Shown here piece after piece: positions 30,806 through 40,054 of a stretch of DNA of 64,000 nucleotides. Numbering within the stretch: position 1 is the first letter of the stretch; every line of letters starts with the position of its first letter. The stretch lies in the NCBI GenBank assembly GCA_036507075.1, contig DASXQR010000017.1, positions 1 to 64,000 on the forward strand, given 5' to 3'. The notes beneath the pieces were generated by a model that made no database searches, had not been told where the DNA came from, and saw only the letters and a program-made list of their open reading frames with translations. The stretch is from Acidobacteriota bacterium. GTDB taxonomy: Bacteria > Acidobacteriota > UBA6911 > JACQSX01. A program made the translations under genes and the position numbers.

Positions 30806-31819
30806 ATGCAGAGCCGATCCGGTCCAGCTTCGCTGTTACAGGCAACCGGTTCCAAAGGCGCCGACCAAATGTCAGAAGCCCCGCAAAGTCCGGACGAGCG
30901 AAACCTGTTTCAATCTTTTCGCCGCCTTGACAGCTTCAGACCCGACTATCGCTTGCGCGTAGCCGGTTCATTGCTGCTCCATCTGGCATTGATCCTCGCC
31001 GTCTTCACAATCGAATTCATTCGCATCATGCTTCCGCCGGATCCGGATGAAGACATATTGACCATGGTGAGACTTCCGCCGCTGCGTGTTCCCGCGGCTA
31101 TTCGGAGTATCAAGACGCGGCAAAGAGAGAAAGGAATGCCGCTTCCTTTACCCACAGCGGATGCTTCTTCTCAAACGGCGCAGAAAAGGCCGGAGCCGCT
31201 TAAGAGTGAAAAGGCAAAACCCCCCGCAACAAATCGGCAGCAGGATGCGGTGCTGGCTGATTTGGAGAATGTCCAGGAGTTCCTGGATCCAAAGCTTGAA
31301 CCGTCTCATATTGCCGAAGTGATCCGATTCTACCTGGGAATACTGGGGCGCCGCCCGGAGCCCGGTGGATGGACGACCTGGACCGATGTATTGATTGAAT
31401 CCAATTGCGCCGGAGCGAGCTGCGACAAAGTCCTGCTTGATATTTCCGAGTATTTCGTCAGCTCGGAGGAATTTCGATTGCGGTTTGGCGGGGTTCGTTC
31501 CAACCAGGAGTTCGCCGATCTGATTTATCACAACGCTCTTGGGCGCTCTCCTTCAGCGTCAGAAGCGAAGAAGTGGCTGGAAGCTCTGGACACCGAGCAC
31601 ACCACCCGCGGCCAGATGGCGCGCGCGGTAGTGACATCGCCAGAGTGCGTGGAGCATTACAAATTCGATGTGATGGTGATTCTGGCGTACATTGCCGTGC
31701 TCCATCGCATGCCTGAAGAAAACGAGTTCAATGGTTGGAGGCGAAATCTTGCCTCGGGCAATCTGGATTTCCCAACTTTGCTGCAGACTCTGAGCAATCT
31801 GGCGGTGAGAAGTGGTTAA
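30806..31819 (+). CDS. Membrane-anchored DUF4214-domain protein
   Basis: Transmembrane SLLLHLALILAVF; repeats YLGILGRRPE..G...W, FVSSEEF, YHNALGRSP, YIAVLHRMPE; start uncertain (30788/30806/30869). Confidence 0.7.
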   Translation: MQSRSGPASLLQATGSKGADQMSEAPQSPDERNLFQSFRRLDSFRPDYRLRVAGSLLLHLALILAVFTIEFIRIMLPPDPDEDILTMVRLPPLRVPAAIRSIKTRQREKGMPLPLPTADASSQTAQKRPEPLKSEKAKPPATNRQQDAVLADLENVQEFLDPKLEPSHIAEVIRFYLGILGRRPEPGGWTTWTDVLIESNCAGASCDKVLLDISEYFVSSEEFRLRFGGVRSNQEFADLIYHNALGRSPSASEAKKWLEALDTEHTTRGQMARAVVTSPECVEHYKFDVMVILAYIAVLHRMPEENEFNGWRRNLASGNLDFPTLLQTLSNLAVRSG

Positions 31820-31867
31820 GCGGAGGTGGTTGGCGGTCTTGGCGCCTTGGTCGTCAAAAACAAAAGC

Positions 31868-32032
31868 TTGAACCGCCAAGAACGCCAAGAACGCGAAGAA
31901 ATTTGGGTTAGATGGCGGAGATTAACCATTTCTGACGATTGGCTGAATTGAACAACTGGACCGTCCAACGAGCAGTTGCGGGATCAAGGGAAATTAAGGG
32001 CCTTTGCGTTCTTGGCGCTCTTGGCGGTTCAA
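31868..32032. repeat. Inverted AACCGCCAAGAAC element between convergent genes
   Basis: ttgaaccgccaagaacgccaagaacgc...gcgttcttggcgctcttggcggttcaa. Confidence 0.88.
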
Positions 32033-32051
32033 TCCCTTTAAATACTCGTGC

Positions 32052-33464
32052 TCAGCGCCCCCCGACAATATCCTCTAACCTCAAGGGGCCATCGCGGTCC
32101 CGGTCCTTTGTCTTGTCGTGATAAGAGTGGCATTCCGTGCATCCGGAGCGGACACGCGTGGAAGAATTGTGGCACCGCAGGCACTCTGCCCGGCCGGGCA
32201 AGAGGACATCACGCGTCTTCGTGCTCTCTCTCGCGCCACTGTGGCAGGAAATGCACTGAAGCATCCTGTGCGGTCCATGCGCGAATCGACTGTGGTCGTA
32301 CCAGCGCACGCGAATTTCCGGATCCAACACTTGCGGCAGCCTTGCTGAGGCCCGGCTGGTGTCGCGGATAGGTGCGGCAGTCCTGTAATCCCGGCCGGGA
32401 AGATTCTCCAGTAGATGGCATTCCCGGCAGCGGACGCTGAACAAATATCTTTCGGCTGAGGCGATCTGCCTTTCCATCCATGCCGGCAGGTTGCGCGGCG
32501 CTTCTTCCACCATCATGCTGAGAATGGAAAGCTGGCGGGCGCGATTCCAGTCAACAGGACGTCTCCATTCATTGGGATTCTTACCCGCGTACTTTGAAAA
32601 CGCGATTCGGATAAAAGCGTCCACGATTTCTGGTTTGCTGTGCGGCGCCTGCTCGTCGATGCGTTCCTCAAAGGCGAGGGAGTGGCACGTTTGACAGTCG
32701 CGCTGGAAATTGACCGGAAGCATGTACGCTCTCCGGGCATCCAGGTGATGGCAGGCAACGCAATCCAGTTTTACCGGGCCATGCGGCCCGCGCAGGTCCG
32801 GCCGAAGATGCAGTTGGTGGTTCAGCTTTATCTTGGCAAGATCGGCTGTCTTGTCGCGAAGGAGCCGAAATTCCGGATGATTGGCCTCAAAGCTGGTAAT
32901 CGATTTTTCATACCCGAGGACGGGGCGAACGGGCGGCGCGACGGGTGACGAATTCCGCATTTGGAATGCGCCGGCAGTGGTGGATTTGGATTGGCCGGGG
33001 GCATCGCCGGCGACAATCGGCGCAGTCTTAAGCGAACTATGGCACTGCGTGCAGTTCTGGTCGGAGGCCTGTTTTAACTGGGATTCGCCCTTGTGCTCCA
33101 CGTGGCAACTGGCGCACGGCGGCTGTGCGCCCGCTGCGCCTTGGTATATCTGGTTGATGTGGTGGATGGGTCCCGCATGACATTTTTCGCAGGCCTGGTC
33201 ACTGACAGGGCGGTGGAAGCGCTCCTTCCTCGCGCCGGTGTGACAGGAAGCGCAGTCAGATTCTAAAATGGAATGTGCTGTAGAAAGGGGACCTGGGTTG
33301 TACAATTTATCGTCGCGCATCAGAGCGTAGGCCAGCAACCACACCATTGCCGCGACGAGTGCCGCAATCGATAACCATCGCTTCCAGTTGCGAAACGGAT
33401 GGGGCTTCTGGAAATAATTCAGTTCGATTCGCTGGGCAATCTGTTTGGTTGTTCGCTTGCGCAT
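32052..33464 (-). CDS. Membrane-anchored decahaem c-type cytochrome
   Basis: 10 CxxCH motifs (CASCH, CEKCH, CASCH, CTQCH, CVACH, CQTCH, CRECH, CISCH, CLRCH, CTECH); one N-terminal transmembrane helix. Confidence 0.92.
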   Translation of the reverse strand: MRKRTTKQIAQRIELNYFQKPHPFRNWKRWLSIAALVAAMVWLLAYALMRDDKLYNPGPLSTAHSILESDCASCHTGARKERFHRPVSDQACEKCHAGPIHHINQIYQGAAGAQPPCASCHVEHKGESQLKQASDQNCTQCHSSLKTAPIVAGDAPGQSKSTTAGAFQMRNSSPVAPPVRPVLGYEKSITSFEANHPEFRLLRDKTADLAKIKLNHQLHLRPDLRGPHGPVKLDCVACHHLDARRAYMLPVNFQRDCQTCHSLAFEERIDEQAPHSKPEIVDAFIRIAFSKYAGKNPNEWRRPVDWNRARQLSILSMMVEEAPRNLPAWMERQIASAERYLFSVRCRECHLLENLPGRDYRTAAPIRDTSRASARLPQVLDPEIRVRWYDHSRFAHGPHRMLQCISCHSGARESTKTRDVLLPGRAECLRCHNSSTRVRSGCTECHSYHDKTKDRDRDGPLRLEDIVGGR

Positions 33465-33480
33465 TTACCGAGCCCGAGAC

Positions 33481-34371
33481 TTACGTATATCGCAGCGCTG
33501 CCACCGCATGGACCGCCGCCAGAACCAGCAGCGCGAAAGAGAGGGGTACATGCACAAGGAGCCACCCGTGAAGAAGGTGATGCAGTCGAACTTGCCGCAG
33601 CAATTGACGTCGCTCTTCCACCATGAGCTGCAAATCTTCCAGTTGCTGGTGAAGCTCCGGAGGCAGGATCTTGCGTATCTGATCAAAAACATTCTCCGCG
33701 TTCTGCCTGGTTGAAAGTTTCCCTTCCGCGCGGGCCTGGTCGTGCAGAAACGGCTTTACTTCTTGCAGATAAAAATCGCGCAATGCCGCGTCCGCGGGAG
33801 TCTTTTCAGTCGGGATAGTCACAGTCTTTGGGCGAGCGGACGCGACCTCCATCACAAAAGCCTCGGCTGTGTTCTTTTCCACGATGGCATTAACCAGGTC
33901 ATCCGCTTCCTTCCGCAATTGGTCCAGCACATGATCAATCTGTTCGTAGATGGATTCCATCGGCAGTTGCTCGAGCATTATTCGGGGTATGACCTGCTGT
34001 AATGCGAGGCCTGCAACGCCGCTGATCACAATCACGGTGAACAGAATCATCAGTATTGTTGTAAGCGGACCACCCAGGGAAAAACCCGCATGGAAAAGGA
34101 TCATTGGATAACTGAGCAAGCCCAGCCAGACGTGCCCCTGCATCCAGGTGTAGAGCCGGCCTACCCGCATGGTGGGCTTTTTCTTGCGGGCGTTAAGCAG
34201 CAGCGCAAATAACATCATCGCCGACCCGACGGCGCCATAAATCAAACCCGGCTGGCTCCCGCCCGAAGGGCCCGAAGCGCTCCTGGAATAGGGAATATAC
34301 AGCACGCCTGCAATCGCAAGGATAATCAGGCTGGCCGTGATCCAGGGCTTGCTGTCTCGGTTGATGATCAC
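33481..34371 (-). CDS. Integral membrane protein, probable di-haem b (ferric-reductase-like)
   Basis: Two helices each with His pairs 14 apart (HVWLGLLSYPMILFH; HVPLSFALLVLAAVH); GTGA overlap with upstream gene. Confidence 0.7.
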   Translation of the reverse strand: MIINRDSKPWITASLIILAIAGVLYIPYSRSASGPSGGSQPGLIYGAVGSAMMLFALLLNARKKKPTMRVGRLYTWMQGHVWLGLLSYPMILFHAGFSLGGPLTTILMILFTVIVISGVAGLALQQVIPRIMLEQLPMESIYEQIDHVLDQLRKEADDLVNAIVEKNTAEAFVMEVASARPKTVTIPTEKTPADAALRDFYLQEVKPFLHDQARAEGKLSTRQNAENVFDQIRKILPPELHQQLEDLQLMVEERRQLLRQVRLHHLLHGWLLVHVPLSFALLVLAAVHAVAALRYT

Positions 34372-36545
34372 TGGCGTTCATGCTTGGCAGACGCAAATTG
34401 CGATCCGATGAGCTGCACGTCGAAAAATTCCTGCGGATCCACGCGGTGGGCGGCGTCATGCGGGCAGGCGTAGACACAACTGGGCTCCTTGTGGTCGGTG
34501 CAAAGATCGCAAGCAGTCGCCTTTTTTCTGATTGCAGTGCGGGTCTCACCGGTCACCGGATCTTTTTCCTTTACTTCGAACGGGTGCATGTTGATGTTGC
34601 CGTAGGGGCACTGCTGCGCGCACAAACCGCAGCCAATGCACCAGTCTTCAATGATAATCTCGAGGGACTCCTTGCGATGAATCGATCCGACCGGGCACCC
34701 CACCATGCAAAGCGGATCGCGGCACTGGCGGCACGAAGTCGCCACCAGATATTTGTCAAATCTCAAGCCATCCCGGATCAGACGCGTCACGCCGTCGTGT
34801 GCCGCCGCGCACGCGCGCACGCAGTCATCACAACGGACGCACTTCTCGAGATCCAGGATCAACAGGCTCTGCGCCTCCATCAGGCCCTGGCCGAGAAAGT
34901 CATTCAGCGACGCCGTCTTCAGGAGTGTGGCTTGCTGGCGATTGGACTCCGTGCGCTGGCGCGCGATCGCTTCCAGTTGACGGCGAATATCAGGGAAGCG
35001 CTCCAACATACTGTTAAAATCCTCTTTGGAAATGCGCAGCACTTCCACGTGGTCCAGCGCCGTACAGGTGGCGGTGCGGACCCCCTCTGCCAGCAGGCCG
35101 ATTTCGCCGAAGTATTGTCCGCGCGCGAGATAGGAAAGCACCAAGTCTCCACCCTCGTAATTCTGCGTGACCTTCACATGTCCGATGCGCAACAGGAAGA
35201 ATGACTCTGAAACATCCCCCTGCCGGCAAATGACCTCGCCCGGCTCAAAGCGGAGCAGCTCCACGCGATCTCTCAGGTAGTCTATGAACTCCAGGCTGAG
35301 GTTGCGAAACATAGGGACGCTCCGCAGGTGGTTATCCAGTGCGCGCTGGCGGTATGCCGCGTCCAACTGTGCCTTGAACTGCCGGTTCTTCTGCAGGATC
35401 TGCAAGACATTGCGCAGCATCTCCAGAACCACGCAGTCTTCAGCCGCGCGCGCGGTGGCAGACCTGGGATAGAAATTCAAGCAGGTCATCTCGCCGAACA
35501 GATCTCCCTCTCTGAGTTGAGCCACGGGATTGTCAAGCGGCAGGTCCACGGTGGCATCAACCGGGATGTAGGACTGGGCTGCCGCGTCCGATCTGGGATG
35601 GGCATCGGGGCGGGCGAGCAGGCTGGTCATCTTCTTGAACCAACTTCCCGGCCGGTCACGCTGTGTTCTTACATGCGACAGGGGAGTCTCCACAAAAATG
35701 TCCACCGTTCCGTGAAGAATATAGAAGGCAGTCGAGCCGAATTCTCCCTGCCTGCATATGATTTCCCCTTTCTTGAGGCTGCGCCTGACAACACCGCCTT
35801 CATTGCGGGCGAGAAACGCGCTCGAGATGCCCGAAAAAACCGGATATTCGAGCAGCTCTTCCGCACCCAGCGACTCGCCTTCTTCCAGTCTGGTCCCGAT
35901 CAGTTTGCTGGCCGTAATGGCCCCTGTGGGACAGGAGACCATGCATTCGCCGCAGTTTACGCAACTGGATTGGCCCATGGGCTTATCGTTGTCAAAGGAG
36001 ATGCTGGTAAAGTATCCCTTGCCCATGCGTCCGATTACGTCATTGTGTTTGACATCGGTACAGGCGCGCACGCAGCGGTCACAAACAATGCAGGCGCTGT
36101 GATCGATGGCAATTGTTGGATTGGAGCGGTCGCCTCCTTTGGAATAAGCACGCGGCGAAAATGAAGGGTGCTCGATCCCCATTTTTTGCGCCAGCACTTC
36201 GAGTTCGCAGTCGCCGTATTCTCTATGACGTTCACAGGGAACGGGGTGATCGGCCAGCAACAGTTCCACCAGTGTTTTTCGCGACTGCTCCACGCGGTCG
36301 CCGCGCGTGTACACCTTCATGCCGTTTTCAGCCTGACGGACACATGAAGCCGCAAATACGCGGGCGCCTTCCACCGCCACGACACACACCCGGCACACCC
36401 CCACGGGAGCGAGGTTTGGCTGGTGACAGAGCGCTGGTATGGAAATGCCCAGAGCCAGGGCGGCTTCCCACAAAGTTGTTCCTTCAGCGACGGTAACCGG
36501 TTTGTCGTCTATTGTCAGGCTGATCGTCCGCGCTTCCGTGCTCAC
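34368..36545 (-). CDS. Fe-S/cyclic-nucleotide-binding fusion protein (NuoG-like N-terminus + 2 cNMP domains + 4x[4Fe-4S] domain)
   Basis: IPALC..GVCRVC..ASC; CIVCDRCVRAC, CVNCGECMVSCP; FGEM..PRSAT, FGEI..VRTAT; four C-terminal 4-Cys groups. Confidence 0.9.
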   Translation of the reverse strand: MSTEARTISLTIDDKPVTVAEGTTLWEAALALGISIPALCHQPNLAPVGVCRVCVVAVEGARVFAASCVRQAENGMKVYTRGDRVEQSRKTLVELLLADHPVPCERHREYGDCELEVLAQKMGIEHPSFSPRAYSKGGDRSNPTIAIDHSACIVCDRCVRACTDVKHNDVIGRMGKGYFTSISFDNDKPMGQSSCVNCGECMVSCPTGAITASKLIGTRLEEGESLGAEELLEYPVFSGISSAFLARNEGGVVRRSLKKGEIICRQGEFGSTAFYILHGTVDIFVETPLSHVRTQRDRPGSWFKKMTSLLARPDAHPRSDAAAQSYIPVDATVDLPLDNPVAQLREGDLFGEMTCLNFYPRSATARAAEDCVVLEMLRNVLQILQKNRQFKAQLDAAYRQRALDNHLRSVPMFRNLSLEFIDYLRDRVELLRFEPGEVICRQGDVSESFFLLRIGHVKVTQNYEGGDLVLSYLARGQYFGEIGLLAEGVRTATCTALDHVEVLRISKEDFNSMLERFPDIRRQLEAIARQRTESNRQQATLLKTASLNDFLGQGLMEAQSLLILDLEKCVRCDDCVRACAAAHDGVTRLIRDGLRFDKYLVATSCRQCRDPLCMVGCPVGSIHRKESLEIIIEDWCIGCGLCAQQCPYGNINMHPFEVKEKDPVTGETRTAIRKKATACDLCTDHKEPSCVYACPHDAAHRVDPQEFFDVQLIGSQFASAKHERQ

Positions 36546-38224
36546 TGCAGGCTTCCCTCCGCTTTAAAGCAGGTTCCGGAAGGACACGTGCGTCGCACCA
36601 TGTGCTCTTCGACTTCCTGGGGAAAATGTTTGATCACCGAAGTAATCGGATTGGCGACCACCTGGCCCAGGCCGCAAATGGAAGTCATCAATAAAGTGTC
36701 GGCAAGCCGGTGGATGGTTTCCAAATCCTCTTTCGTTCCGCTTCCGTGGGTAATGCCGTAAATGATATCCACCATTTTCTGAGAACCAACGCGGCAGGGA
36801 ACGCACTTACCGCACGATTCATTGCGGTAAAAACGAACCTCGTTGAGAGCCAGATCGATCATGCATGTGCCTTCGGCAATCGCCACGATTGCGCCCGATC
36901 CAAGCATCGCTCCGGCCTGTGCCAGTGTCTTAAAATCGAGCGGGATATCGGCCATCGATGCAGGCAAGAATCCAGAGGAAGGTCCTGACGGGGCAAAGGC
37001 TTTCATTTTTCTGCCGCCTGAAATACCGCCGGCCAGTTCGAAGATCACGCGAGAAGCCGGCGTGCCCATCGGAATCTCAAACACCCCGGGGTTATTAACA
37101 TGTCCGCTGACCGCCACCCACTTCAATCCGGTGAAATCTGGTGCTCCCTGTGCCTTGAACCATTCGGCGCCCTTGATCAAAATAACGGGCACATAGCAGA
37201 GAGTCTCCACGTTGTTGATCACGGTCGGCTTGTTCCACAAACCGTTGGTTACCGGGAAGGGTGGCTTGTTGCGTGGCTGTCCCCGCCGGCCTTCGATCGC
37301 TTCCAGCAGCGCGCTCTCTTCGCCCTGGATGTATCCTCCCGGACTGACGAAGACTTCCAGATCAAAATTCATTCCTGACCCCAGAAGGTTCTTTCCAATC
37401 AATCCATCGCCCCGGGCACGAGCGATTTCCTGCTGCAGTATCTCTATCTGTTCTTCGTATTCGTGGCGGATATAGATGATCCCTCGCTGGGCGCCGGTCA
37501 CCACGCCTGCTGCGATCATTCCCTCGATCAGCAGATAGGGAAGATTTTTCATGATTTCGCGGTCTTTGAAGGTTCCCACTTCGCTTTCGTCTGCGTTGCA
37601 AATGACGTACTTTTCTCCGGCGGAGGCGTTGCGAACCAATTCCCATTTCAATCCTGCCCCGAAGCCCGCGCCTCCCATACCTTTCAAGTTGGCCGCCTTC
37701 AACTTTTCGATGGTTCCGGTAAGGTCACGTGAAGAAATCAGCGTTTTCACAGCGCCATACCTTTCACGTTCGTCTGCATAAGGGTCGGTCAGAAATCTGC
37801 GGTTCAGGGGGGGGAATTTTTGAGGTTCGGGAAGGTTGCCTCGGATGGCTGCGCCGGCGAGTTCCAGCGCTTCGTCGATTGATTTCCGCGCGTAGATATG
37901 ATCATTGACGGCAAAGGCGGGGGCCCCGTCGCACTGGCCCAGACACGAGACCGGACGCACCACTACTCCTTCGGCATGCTGATCGCGTACCATCTGGTTT
38001 ACCTGCCGGCGCAGTTGGTCGCAGCCGTGGAGGTGGCAAGGCATGTCGGCGCAGATGTGGATCTCAACCGGAGGCGGAGGCTGCAGGCGAAAATGGGGAT
38101 AAAAGCTCGCCACGCCGTACAACTCATAAACGGGAACGCGGATCCGGGCAGAAAGCTGCTGAAGCTCCTTCTCGGGAATGTAGCCAAATCTATGCTGGAT
38201 GGCCCGGAGCTCGTTAATGATCAT
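36542..38224 (-). CDS. NuoE-NuoF (HoxF-like) diaphorase fusion with [2Fe-2S], FMN/NAD(P)H site and [4Fe-4S]
   Basis: VASFYPHF, CADMPC, CLGQC, GMGGAGF..GLKW, CNADESE, GEESALLE, ESCGKCVPCR, SICGLG; ATG 38224 preferred, ORF open to 38287. Confidence 0.9.
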   Translation of the reverse strand: MIINELRAIQHRFGYIPEKELQQLSARIRVPVYELYGVASFYPHFRLQPPPPVEIHICADMPCHLHGCDQLRRQVNQMVRDQHAEGVVVRPVSCLGQCDGAPAFAVNDHIYARKSIDEALELAGAAIRGNLPEPQKFPPLNRRFLTDPYADERERYGAVKTLISSRDLTGTIEKLKAANLKGMGGAGFGAGLKWELVRNASAGEKYVICNADESEVGTFKDREIMKNLPYLLIEGMIAAGVVTGAQRGIIYIRHEYEEQIEILQQEIARARGDGLIGKNLLGSGMNFDLEVFVSPGGYIQGEESALLEAIEGRRGQPRNKPPFPVTNGLWNKPTVINNVETLCYVPVILIKGAEWFKAQGAPDFTGLKWVAVSGHVNNPGVFEIPMGTPASRVIFELAGGISGGRKMKAFAPSGPSSGFLPASMADIPLDFKTLAQAGAMLGSGAIVAIAEGTCMIDLALNEVRFYRNESCGKCVPCRVGSQKMVDIIYGITHGSGTKEDLETIHRLADTLLMTSICGLGQVVANPITSVIKHFPQEVEEHMVRRTCPSGTCFKAEGSLQ

Positions 38225-38399
38225 TTGTCCCTTTCGTGACGCTTCTTTAACTCTTGCGATCCGGTAAGTGTGGGAGAAGCAGGTCAAGCCAATAAAGGAA
38301 AACTACGCCGCCACTACCGAGCGAGTTTGACAGAAGTAGCTGAATTTTATCGCAAAGCAAGCACCACGTATGTAATAAAAATAGCGGAGGAAAACCAGC

Positions 38400-39746
38400 T
38401 TGGTTGTTCATCGCACCCTGAACATCGCCGCACGATGGATCATACTGTCTGCGATCGTCGTGTTTCCGCGTTTCCTGCTTTCTGAAAGTACTGAATACCG
38501 TAACACCGAACCTCAGACTGCCGGAGCCGCGGTGGCTTACACGGGAGCCGGGTCGTGTACGTCCAGTAACTGCCACGGCAGCGTGTGGCCCAGGACTGGA
38601 AGTCGCATCAAGCAGAATGAATACAAAATATGGTCAGGCAAGGACCGGCATGCCAAGGCCTACAACGTGCTTCTTGAGCCTCGCTCCAAGCTGATTGCGC
38701 GCAACCTGGGAATTGATCGGGCCGAGACCGCAGGCAAATGTCTCGACTGCCACGCGCTGAACGTTCCCACGGGCGAGCAGGCGAAGAGCTTTGATCTTTC
38801 CGACGGTGTAAGCTGCGAGTCCTGCCACGGGCCTGCGGCCGGCTGGCTGGGGCCGCACACAACACGAGGGCAGACCCATCAGCGGAACCTTGCCCTCGGA
38901 ATGTACGAGACAAAAGATCTGCCCAAGAGGGTAGAGCGTTGTCTTTCCTGCCACATAGGCACCGAGAAAAAGACTGTCGACCATGAAATGATTGCTGCCG
39001 GACATCCTGACCTCATTTTCGAATTGGACACATTCAGCGCCCTGATGCCGCCTCACTGGGAGGAGCCAAAGAGCGCCTGGCAGGGAATGCGCCGATGGGC
39101 TGTGGGCCAGGCAGTGGCGCTGGGAGCGTCAATGGAGCAGTTGGAACGCAGGGTTCGCGGAAGTCCCTGGAACGGCTGGCCCGACTTTGCTGACTTCGAA
39201 TGCTTTTCCTGCCACCATAATCTGGTGCTTCCGAGCGCGCGCCAGGCCCGCGGCTACCCGGGACGCGCTGGTATTCCTCTGTGGAATCCATCGCGTTACA
39301 TGGTATTTCGGCAAGTCGTGGCGGCCATCTCTCCCGCAGAGCGGCGCATTCTGGATCAACTGATCGAAGAACTGAAGCAGCGCCTTCAAAACGCCGGATC
39401 AGGCCGAACGTTTGTGGCGGAAACGGCATCGCGGATTGCGCAGTTGATGGATAACCTGGTTCCGCAACTGGGAAAGGCTTCATACAGCGAATCGCTCGCC
39501 CGCACCGTTATGCGGGCCATCGCTGCAGATGGTGACGCCATTTCCAACGCTGGAATGCGCTCCGCCGAACAGGCCACGATGGCGCTGGAAGCTCTGTACA
39601 ATTCATACGAACAAACCACGGAAAAAAACAACAAACCGCTCAACGCTCAAATCAGCCGCCTGTATGAAACGCTCCAGTCCACTTCAAGATATGATCCCGA
39701 ACAATTCGCAGCGCAATTGAAGCAAGTGCGCAACCTCATCCCTTAG
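38400..39746 (+). CDS. Exported multihaem cytochrome c (c554-like N-domain, helical C-domain)
   Basis: YTGAGSCTSSNCH (CX4CH), CLDCH, GVSCESCHGP, CLSCH, CFSCH; TTG start after GGAGG. Confidence 0.88.
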   Translation: MVVHRTLNIAARWIILSAIVVFPRFLLSESTEYRNTEPQTAGAAVAYTGAGSCTSSNCHGSVWPRTGSRIKQNEYKIWSGKDRHAKAYNVLLEPRSKLIARNLGIDRAETAGKCLDCHALNVPTGEQAKSFDLSDGVSCESCHGPAAGWLGPHTTRGQTHQRNLALGMYETKDLPKRVERCLSCHIGTEKKTVDHEMIAAGHPDLIFELDTFSALMPPHWEEPKSAWQGMRRWAVGQAVALGASMEQLERRVRGSPWNGWPDFADFECFSCHHNLVLPSARQARGYPGRAGIPLWNPSRYMVFRQVVAAISPAERRILDQLIEELKQRLQNAGSGRTFVAETASRIAQLMDNLVPQLGKASYSESLARTVMRAIAADGDAISNAGMRSAEQATMALEALYNSYEQTTEKNNKPLNAQISRLYETLQSTSRYDPEQFAAQLKQVRNLIP

Positions 39747-39758
39747 TGGGTTCTAGAA

Positions 39759-40003
39759 GCGTCATTCGTCACGCGTCATTGGTCATGCGTCATTGGTTAC
39801 GCGTCATTGGTCACTGGTTGTCGACATCGGCCGTCCGTTGTTCGTGATGGTTGCTTACCAATTGAAAATCTTCCAAAACCCTCGGCGATATTGGACGTCA
39901 TTGAAACCGCCGCACTGCGCATTTGAGCAACCAGATTATATTTTTCTTCTGCAGGAAAAGTTGATGTGACTTCATATGACGAATGACATATGACGAATGA
40001 CGC
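39759..40003. repeat. Inverted GTCATTS / ATGACGA 7-mer array
   Basis: gcgtcattcgtcacgcgtcattggtca ... tgacgaatgacatatgacgaatgacgc. Confidence 0.8.
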
Positions 40004-40054
40004 TGTTGTCTGACCTCCGCTCTAGCTCCTGCCTCCCGCCTCCTGCCTCCTGCT

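Noticed and set aside
30806..31819. DUF4214 protein as part of the cytochrome system
   Set aside because: It is convergent, separated by a repeat element, and has no redox motifs; adjacency alone is insufficient.
32052..33464. Calling the decahaem MtrA/DmsE
   Set aside because: It has ten haem motifs, but an N-terminal membrane anchor, long inter-haem inserts and no adjacent MtrB-like gene.
34368..38224. Complex I, formate dehydrogenase or hydrogenase operon
   Set aside because: No nuoA-D/H-N, no molybdopterin domain, and no H-cluster or NiFe motifs in the window.
39847..39969. 40-codon ORF inside the GTCATT element as cargo
   Set aside because: No SD and no recognisable motif; cannot be supported.
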